Assembly: GCA_028826165.1 (NCBI GenBank)
Contig: JAPDFW010000138.1
Coordinates: 1-64,000 of the forward strand
DNA length: 64,000 nucleotides
From: Anaeramoeba ignava BMAN
Taxonomy: Eukaryota > Protista > Anaeramoebae
Direction of reading: 5' to 3'
Both the position numbers and the translations under genes were made by a program. Positions 11,565 to 20,869 of the stretch are shown piece by piece. The stretch's first letter is position 1; the number at the start of each line of letters is the position of its first letter. The notes under the pieces were generated by a model. That model had not been told where the DNA came from and ran no database searches. It was given only the letters and a program-made list of their open reading frames with translations.

Positions 11565-14500
11565 TTAAATGAAATAAGATTCAACTTCATCAACAACCCA
11601 TGAATTATAAGAACCAGCTAAATAACTTCTAGCTTCATCGGTATCATATTGAATTCCTTTAGGTAAAGTATAAACTTCTCCGAAATTCGAAATATGAGGT
11701 TTTAATGAGGAATTCAGAATTATCGCGGAACCAAAATATGGACCTCTTTCTAAGTAATTATACCAAATAGCATTTTTTTCTTCTCCTTTTTGAATGGGAA
11801 ATTTCTCAGGTTTTCGATCTCCTTTATCATTTCTTAATGAAAAAATAAATGCATTTGAATCTAAAATAAATCCTTCATGCGCATGCGAGATTCTATATTT
11901 TTTACTCCATTTTGATGTATTAGTTGTAAATCCAACTTCAGTAAAACCTCCAAAAATAAAATTATCTTTTGTTTTGATAATAACTAATGTTTTTCCTTTA
12001 TTATCACAACTTTTATGCCAATTTTGACAATTAAATCCATCTCTTATTGCTGAAAATCCTAATTTCATTTTAGAAAAAAAATCATTATCATTTATCCATT
12101 CTTTTAATTTCTTAACATATTCAATATCTTGAATAATTTCTGAATTCAAAAATGCTGGAAATTCACTTTTCATTGCTTTGAATTCTTCCATTTCTTCTTC
12201 TAATTGCTTGATTTTCTGATCTTTCTTTTCACTTTCATCATTTTTGTTATTTCCTTGTGTTAATCTTTTATTTTGTTCTTCTAATTGCTTGATTTTCTGA
12301 TCTTTATTCTCACTTTCATCATTTTTGTTTTCATTTTCTTGTTTTAATCTTGTAATTTCTTCTTGTTGTTTTTGATTTTCTTCTTCTAATTGCTTGATTT
12401 TCTGATCTTTATTTTTAATTTTTCGATTATTATTTTTATTTCCTTTTTTTAATCTTTTATTTTCTTCTTCTAAATACTTGATTTTCTGATCTTTCTTTTC
12501 ACTTTCATCATTTTTGTTTTTATTTCCTTGTGTTAATCTTGTAATTTCTTCTTCTAATTGCTTGATTTTCTGATTTTTATTCTCACTTTCATCATTTTTG
12601 TTTTCATTTTCTTGTGTTAATCTTGTAATTTGTTCTTGTTTTTTTTGATTTTCTTCTTCTAAATGCTTGATTTTCTGATCTTTCTTTTTACTTTCATCAT
12701 TTTTGTTTTTATTTCCTTGTGTTAATCTTGTAATTTCTTCTTGTTGTTTTTGATTTTCTTCTTCTAATTGCTTGATTTTCTGATCTTTATTTTTAATTTT
12801 TCGATTATTATTTTTATTTCCTTTTTTTAATCTTTTATTTTCTTCTTCTAAATGCTTGATTTTCTGATCTTTCTTTTCACTTTCATCATTTTTGTTTTTA
12901 TTTCCTTGTGTTAATCTTGTAATTTCTTCTTCTAATTGGTTTATTTTCTGATCTTTTATTCTCACTTTCATCATTTTTGTTTTCATTTTCTTGTTTTAAT
13001 TTTGTAATTTCTTCTTGTTGTTTTTGATTTTCTTGATTTTTGTTTTCATTTTCTTGTTTTAATTTTGTGATTTCTTCTTGTTGTTTTTGATTTTCTAATT
13101 TCAAATTCAAAATCTCTTTTTCTTTCTTTTTACTTTCTTCATTTTTCTTTCCATTTGTTTTTTCTTTCTCAACAAATTCTAATTGTGTTTTAAAAATTTG
13201 AGAAATTGTTTGAAGGAATTTTTTATCTTGATCTTTCATTTTATATTCTTTGATGAATTCAATCAATTCATAAATTTGATTTTGGTTTTGGTTTCGATTT
13301 TGGTTTTGAACACAATTAAATAAAGAATCAAAAGCTTCACTATTGTTTGGATCACAAATAAGTGCTTTTTTAAAATATTGTTTTGCATCTTCATAATTAA
13401 ATTTTGTCGAATAAAATTGACCAATTTTGGTGTGTATTTCAGATTCGTTAATATTATCATTAACTGAATTATAAATTGTTATTAATTCCTTCAAAGGTTC
13501 AATATTATTGGGTTGAATCTTATGAGATTTCTTAAAATATTGAATACAATCTGAATCATTTCTTTGATTGAGAATTCTTGCTTTTTGCAAATACCAATTT
13601 GAAAGTGCATCAATATTTCCCAGAAGTTCATCAACTGAAATTAATAATGAATAAATTTCTAAATATTGATTGGAAGATGTTTTGGTTGAATATGGATTGT
13701 AATTCTGAATATCATGATGCAAATTCGAATTTTTTGATTCTAATTCAACCAAAATTTTTTTTGCTTCTTGTCTTTTATGTTGTATTAAATATATTCTTGA
13801 AAGTGAAATCTTGGTTTCATAAATTTTGGAAATTTTTTCCAAAGGTTTTGAAGAATCAAAATAACCATTATGGTTATAACATTTCAATAAAAGATTTAAA
13901 ATTTGTTCGGTTAATTCTGGATCAGTTGTTTTATCTATTGCTTTTTTTAATAATTTTTCAATATTTTCCAATTTTCCTTGATTAAATAATATTTCAGCTT
14001 TTTCAAATTGCTTCTGAGCTATTTCTTCTGGAATTTTTAAAATTTTTTCTAAAAGTGAGATTTGTAAATCAATGATTTCCAAGTTTGAGGAATCTAATTT
14101 CTTTGCAAATGAAAGAAGTTGATAAGCAATATCTGGATCTTTTTCCCTTATTATGTTTGCTTGATCCAAACATTCCTTAATTCTTTTTGTTTTCCATTTT
14201 TGAATTCTTTTTTTTTCTCCTGGATTTAGTTGAATAGCTTTTGGATCAAATGTTTTATTTGTATCAGGTAATTTTGGGTTATTTGGATTTTCTTCAATAA
14301 TTTTATCTATATCACTTTTTTCATAATTTTGCGAATTTACAAGTACTGGATCTTCAAGAATTTTATCAGGATGAAGTATATTTTGAAAATCTTCTTTTAT
14401 TTTCAATAATAGAGATAAATCAGTCTTGGATAATGAATTGGAATTGATTTCTAAAACTGGAACAGAATCAGAAAAAAATGTTTTTCCAACTGTTTGATTG

Positions 14501-15856
14501 AAAACGGTTTTGATCACATTTAAAAATTCAATCACAAAATTTCCAGGTTTGGTGCAATAATATTGGAATTGTTGAAGATTAATGAGATTTTTAGTTGATT
14601 TGTTTAAATCTAATGATTGCTTCAAAGAGTAACTTTGGGTTGTTTCTTCTTTTACATTTTCGAATAATTCTTCAATTTTGGATTCAATTTGATTTTTGTT
14701 AACAAAATCATCAATTATTTTATTAAATTCTTTTTTTTTTTCTTCATTCAATTTTTCCACATATTGATTAAGAGATCCAATAGAATCTTTCAATCTCAAA
14801 CAAGAAACCAAAATGTAAAGATTACGAAGAGCATTAGTTAATTCTTCTTCATCTAATTTATCATTACCATCACTATATTTTTTTTTACAAAAAGAAATAT
14901 AATAAATTTTTGATTTTTGATTTAAGAATATTTTGAATTATTTTACTCATCCCAAGATTTGAAAAGAAGTTTAATTTGAGTTTTTGGATCAGCAGTTGAA
15001 AAATCCAAAAGAGCTTTAAAAAATTGATTAAAGAGAATTGGTTCAGTAGGTTTTCTATTTTTAAATCAAGAGATAAATTAGAAAATTAAAAATGAAATTA
15101 AAATTAAAATTAAAATTAAAATTAAAATTAAAATTAAAATTGAATTAAATTACAGCCCACATGTTGTGCAAATAATAGTTCCACTTCTCTCTTCAAGTCC
15201 AAATTTTTGTTTAATAAATTCTAAATTTGTATAATCATTCAAAGTTTCATTTGAAGTTTCATTTGAATTTTGATTTGAATTTTGATTTGAATTTTGATTT
15301 GTTGATGAAAGTTGTGAAATTTGTGAAGATAAATTTTGGAAATATTCTTGAGTTTGAATTTCAACTTTGTTTTGATGTTTTTCAATTCCTCTAAAAATTT
15401 TAGCAAGATCTCTTACTTCTCGATTTATTAAAGAAGTTAATTCAAAACTTAAATCTCCAATATAACTATCTAATTTAATTGATTCCTCTTGAAATGCTTT
15501 TTGGTTTGTTTTTGATGTAAAAAATCTCTTTAATTTTGATTTTGTATCATATTCTTGTAGCATTTCTTGTATTTTTTTCAAAGTTTCATTAACATTTTTT
15601 AATGTTGAAAAAAGAAAATCAGATGTTTGAATTTGTTTGATTTCTATTTTATTTTGTTTTTTTTTTTTTGAATTAAATTATCCAATTTATTTTCCCTTTT
15701 TTTTTTTTGCTTTTTTTTACCTTCTATTGGGTTTTTGAGAGCATCTATTCTTTGAAGTAATCTCTTAACTTCATCGATATTCCCTTTATATGAATCATAT
15801 CTTGATTTAAAGAACCCAATAATAAAAGTAATTGATTGAATAATATCAGATGCCAT
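11565..15856 (-). CDS. MLKL-N-like - EF-hand - U-box - TPR - coiled-coil repeats - TLDc protein, copy B (one +1 homopolymer frameshift at about 12955)
   Basis: Exons 15856-15721, 15643-15154, 15054-14947 and 14872-11565. Same first three intron positions as copy A; EF loop DDDGNDKLDEEE; U-box ILEDPVLVNSQNYEK; TPRs; KDQKIKQLEEE repeats; complete TLDc. Confidence 0.75.
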
Positions 15857-17578
15857 AATTAACAAAAAAAAAATGAAAAAAAAATAAAAAAAAAATTTTT
15901 TTTTATTCCAATTTATTTAAAATAATTTATTTATTAAAATAATATAAAACTATTCCAAATATTTTAATAAAATTGATAAAATATTTTAATAAAGAAAAAA
16001 AATGAATTGAAACCTATTTTAATAATAATTTAATTATGGAAACTATATAAAAATTAATTTTAAAAATAATTTAATTATTAGAATAATATTTTTTAATTTA
16101 AAATTATTTATATTTTATTATTAAATATTTTTAATAAAGAAAAAAAATGAATTGAAACCTATTTTAATAATAATTTAATTATAAAAATTATATAAAAATT
16201 AATTTTAAAAAAAATAATTTAATTATTAAAATATTATTTTTTTAAAGAAAAATGAATTTAATTTTTATTTATATTTTATTATTAAATATTTTTAATTAAT
16301 TTATTATTTATATTTTAAATAGATTTTAATTTAAATTTAAATTATAGAAATTATATAAAAATTAATTTTTTAAAAATAATTTATTTATTAAAATAATATA
16401 AAAACTATTATTTTTAATTTATTTTAATTAAAATTTTGATTAAAATATTTTTATAAAGAAAAATGAATTGAAATTATATTTTAATAAATAATTTATTTAT
16501 TAAAATAAAAACTATATAAAAATTTTAATTTTAAAAATATTTTTTAAAGAAAAATGAATTGAAAAATATTATTTTTAATTTAAAATTATTTTTTAATTTA
16601 ATTATTAAATATTTTTAATTAATTTATTATTTAAATTTTATAATTTAATTAAATTTAAAATTATAGAAATTATATAAAAATTAATTTTAAAAATAATTTA
16701 ATTATTAAAAATAATATTTTTAATTTTAAAATTATTTATATTTTATTATTAAATATTTTTATAAAGAAAAATGAATTGAAACCTATTTTAATAATAAATT
16801 AATTTGGAATTTATTCTATTTTATATATTTTATTAATTTTTATTTATTTAGAATAATATTTTTAATTTAAATTTAATTATATTTCTTTATTAAATAATTT
16901 TAAATTGATTTTTCTTATTTTAATATTTTAATAAAAAAATCCAAATTTAATTATAATTAAATTCTATTTCCAATTTTTATTTTAATTTATTAAAATTAAT
17001 TAAATAAAAATAATTATAAAATTAAATTCATTTCACTTCTTAATTTATTTATAATTTAAATAAAAAGTTTTTTCCATTTTTTTTTTTTAAAATAAAATAA
17101 AGCAAAAAATAAAATAAATAAAAAGTTTTTGGAGAAGCAAAAGCAAAAATAAAATCAATAAAAAGAAAAGAACATAATTTTTTATGTTATTGAAAAGAAT
17201 CAATAATTTCTTTTATTTTTTAATTTAATTTTTAATTATTTAAACTTAATTTCAAAAATTTGGACAATTTATTCCAAAAAAATATAAATAAATAAATATA
17301 AACAAAAGAAATAAAAATACTGTCCGTTTTTTAAATAATTAAAATTAGATCAATAAGAAAAGGAAAAGAAATAAATATTTGTTTTATTTTGTTTGTTTTA
17401 TTTATGATCCTCTTTTTAATTTAAAATTGGACAAAAAAAATAATTTTTTTTATTAAAAAAATATTGCCTGCATTTTAATAAATAAAGAAATTGGACTTTA
17501 AAAGAAAAAAAACTAAATAGAATAAAGTTCATTTTTTTTTCATTTGGAAAAAATTTTTTTAAAAAACACAAAAAAAAG

Positions 17579-18004
17579 ATGGCAATTACTGAAAAACAAA
17601 TTAAAGCAGCATTTGATGCTATTGATACTGATAAAAGTGGAAAACTTGATAAGAAAGAATTCACAACTTTTTGCAAAAGATTTGGAAATCGATTTTCAGA
17701 TTGGGAAATTAATTTAATGATTAAAATTGCAGATAAAGATGGAGATGGAATTTCTTATTCTGAATTCAAACATTATGTTCTTGATGATCATTCACATCCT
17801 TCAAAAGATGATTTAAAAAAGATTTTCAAAGCTTGTGATTTGGATGGAAATGGAACAGTTAGTAAAGGTGAAATCATGCAAGTTTCTCGTTTTTTACGTC
17901 GACCAATGACTGAACAACAAGTGAATCAATTTATGGATAAATATGATACTGATAAATCTGGAAGTCTCAAATGGAAAGAATTCAAAAAAATATGGATCAA
18001 ATAA
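17579..18004 (+). CDS. Calmodulin-like 4-EF-hand protein, copy B
   Basis: Differs from copy A by two amino acids (KAT/KAA; QQAN/QQVN). Confidence 0.92.
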   Translation: MAITEKQIKAAFDAIDTDKSGKLDKKEFTTFCKRFGNRFSDWEINLMIKIADKDGDGISYSEFKHYVLDDHSHPSKDDLKKIFKACDLDGNGTVSKGEIMQVSRFLRRPMTEQQVNQFMDKYDTDKSGSLKWKEFKKIWIK

Positions 18005-18199
18005 TTTCTTTTTTTTTTCTTTTCAATTCTTTTTTTTTTCTTTCTAATTTTTGAATTCCTTTTTTTTTTCTTCTTATTCAAACAAATTCAAACATTAAAA
18101 AAAGTTTCTTCCTTCTCAATTCTTTTATTTCCTTTTTATTTTTTTATTAGTTTATTAATTTTTAATTTGATTTGTTTTCTTATTTATTAATTAATTTGA

Positions 18200-19972
18200 T
18201 TAAATGAAATAAGTTTCAATTTCATCAACAACCCATGAATGATAAGAACCAGCTAAATAACTTTTAGCTTCATCGGTATCATATTGAATTCCATTAGGCA
18301 GATTATAACTATAACCAAAATTTGAATAACCATGTTGTAACTTATTATCCAAATAAACATCATTTATACTATAACCAAAACCAAAAATGGGAGCATAATT
18401 TAAAAAAGAAAAAATTGCAATATCTTCTTTTCCTTTTTGAATGGGAAATTTCTCAGGTATTCTATCCCCTTTATCATTTCTTAATGAAAAAATAAATGCA
18501 TTTGAATCATTAATGCTTTGTCCATTTGATTTAAATCCAACTTGAGTAAAACCTCCAAAAATAAAATTTTGTTTTGTTTTGATAATAATTAATGTTTTTC
18601 CTTTATTATCACAAATTGAATGCCATTTATTACAATCAAATCCATCTCTTTTTGCTGAAAATCCTTTTTTCATTTTAGAAAAAAAATCATTATCATTTAT
18701 CCATTCTTGTAATTTCTGAACATATTCTTTTTCTCGAATAATTTCGGAAGCTGAGAAATATTTCATTATTTTTTCATATTCCAAATCTTTTTGATATTGA
18801 TCTCGATATTTATCAAAAATAGGTTTCATTTTCTCAACTTCTTTCTTCCATTTCTCTCGAATTTCTTTCTTTAAATTGTGAATTTCTTTTCTTTTTAAAT
18901 TCATTTTTTTTTCTTGTTTTCTATTTTCTTGAATTAATTTTTTTTGCTTCTTGATGTAAAGATATTTGGGAAAAAAATCAAATTGTTTTAATTTATCAAA
19001 ATCTTGTTTTGAAATTGAATCTTTATCAAATAATGAAAAAAAAGAATGAAATAATCTTTTCTTTTCATTCATTTTGTGTTCATATTTCTTTAATTTTAAT
19101 GATTTAATTCTTTTTTTAATCCAATTATTTAAAAATTGAAAAAAATCAAATTGAAAAATTTCTTTTTTTTCTTGTTTAAATTGAATAAATTTGATAATTT
19201 CTTCTTTAGTTAAATTGAATAAATTCTCATTATTCTGAATTTGGGAAAAATTTTGATTTATTAATTCAAAACATTTTATTTCAATTTCATTTGAATTTAA
19301 ATTTCGATTTTGGAAAAAAAATTGGAAAAAATTTGAATAATTAATTGAATTTGAAATTTTTTTTTGAATAATTTCTTTCAATAAATTTAATTTAAAATAA
19401 ATTGAAATTTCTAATAATTGAATAAGATTTTCTTGATTCTCAAAAGAAATATTTCCATAATAAATATAACTCAAAATTGATTCCATTTCTTTTTTATTAA
19501 ATTGATTTAAAGAAATAAAAAGAGATTCTTGCCTTAATGATTCATTAAAAAAAGGAGATCTTGAAGATAAAATTGATTTATGAACTTTAATTTCAAAAGG
19601 ATTTGATTTATTCTCAACAAAAATTGAAAAATCTTTAAATGAATTTCCTTTTAAAAGGTTTGAATAATCTTTAATTAAATTTTTTGTTACTTTTTTTTCT
19701 AAATTTTTCATTTCATTTTCATTTTGATTTTGATTTGCATTTTGATTTGCATTTTCAATTTGGTTATTATTATTATTATTGCTATTATTATTATTATTGT
19801 TATTATTATTATTATTGTTATTATTATTATTATTGTTATTGTTATTATCCTTCTTGTCCATTTTGTTTGTTTTGTGTTGATGTTTATGCTGATGTTTGTG
19901 TTTATGCGTTTTTGTTTTTGTTTTTGTGTTTTTGTTTTTGTTTTCATTTTTGTGTTGTTTTTTATTATTCAT
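18200..19972 (-). CDS. BTB/POZ + TLDc domain protein with N-terminal poly-Asn
   Basis: BTB FKDFSIFV..IKVHKSILSSRSPFF..ILSYIYYG; TLDc FSAKRDGF..WHSICDNKGKTL..IFGGFT..WVVDEIETYFI. Confidence 0.85.
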   Translation of the reverse strand: MNNKKQHKNENKNKNTKTKTKTHKHKHQHKHQHKTNKMDKKDNNNNNNNNNNNNNNNNNNNNNSNNNNNNQIENANQNANQNQNENEMKNLEKKVTKNLIKDYSNLLKGNSFKDFSIFVENKSNPFEIKVHKSILSSRSPFFNESLRQESLFISLNQFNKKEMESILSYIYYGNISFENQENLIQLLEISIYFKLNLLKEIIQKKISNSINYSNFFQFFFQNRNLNSNEIEIKCFELINQNFSQIQNNENLFNLTKEEIIKFIQFKQEKKEIFQFDFFQFLNNWIKKRIKSLKLKKYEHKMNEKKRLFHSFFSLFDKDSISKQDFDKLKQFDFFPKYLYIKKQKKLIQENRKQEKKMNLKRKEIHNLKKEIREKWKKEVEKMKPIFDKYRDQYQKDLEYEKIMKYFSASEIIREKEYVQKLQEWINDNDFFSKMKKGFSAKRDGFDCNKWHSICDNKGKTLIIIKTKQNFIFGGFTQVGFKSNGQSINDSNAFIFSLRNDKGDRIPEKFPIQKGKEDIAIFSFLNYAPIFGFGYSINDVYLDNKLQHGYSNFGYSYNLPNGIQYDTDEAKSYLAGSYHSWVVDEIETYFI

Positions 19973-20399
19973 TTTGTTTTTAAAAAAAGGAAAAAAATGA
20001 AAAAAAAAATTTAAATAAAAAAAAAATGAATAAAAAAATTGGATTTTGAAAATAAATAAAAATATAAAAAATAAGAATAAATTTAAATTAATAATTAATT
20101 TAATTTTCTTTTTAATTTATTATTTTAAATTAATTTATTAATAAATTATTATTATTTTTTATTAATTTTTATTATTAAAAAAAAAGGAAAATTATTTTAA
20201 TTTAATTTTTAATTTAATTTTTTTTTTGGAATTTAAAAATTATTAATAAATTTAAATTTTAAAACAAATTTCCAAATTAATATTAATTCAATTTAATTCA
20301 AAAAAAAGATAAAATTTTAATTTCAAAAAAATCAATTTTCAAAATATTTTTAAACATAAAATTAAATATTAAATTATTATTTTAAACATAAAATTAAAT

Positions 20400-20830
20400 A
20401 TTAAATTATATTTTTAAATTATTTTATAAATTAAATATTAAATTAAATCTATTTTCATTTTTTATATTTATATGTTAAATATTTAAATAATAAAATATTT
20501 AAATCTAAAACATTAAATTATTATTTTAATAATTGAATTAAATACTAAATTATATTTTTAAATTAATTTATAAATTAAATATTAAATTAAATCTATTCTC
20601 ATTTTTTATATTTATATGTTAAATATTTAAATAATAAAATATTTAAATTTAAAACATTAAATTATTATTTTAATAATAAAATTAAATACTAAATTATATT
20701 TTTAAATTGATTTATAAATTAAATATTAAATTAAATCTATTCTCATTTTTTATATTTTTATGTTAAATATTTAAATAATAAAATATTTAAATCTAAAACA
20801 TTAAATTATTATTTTAATAATAAAATTAAT
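20400..20830. repeat. About 3 tandem copies of a 144-bp AT-rich unit
   Basis: The AAATCT landmark ends at 20450, 20594 and 20738 (period 144). Confidence 0.8.
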
Positions 20831-20869
20831 TTATTAATTTTTTTTCATTTTTCATTTTTTTTTTCATTA

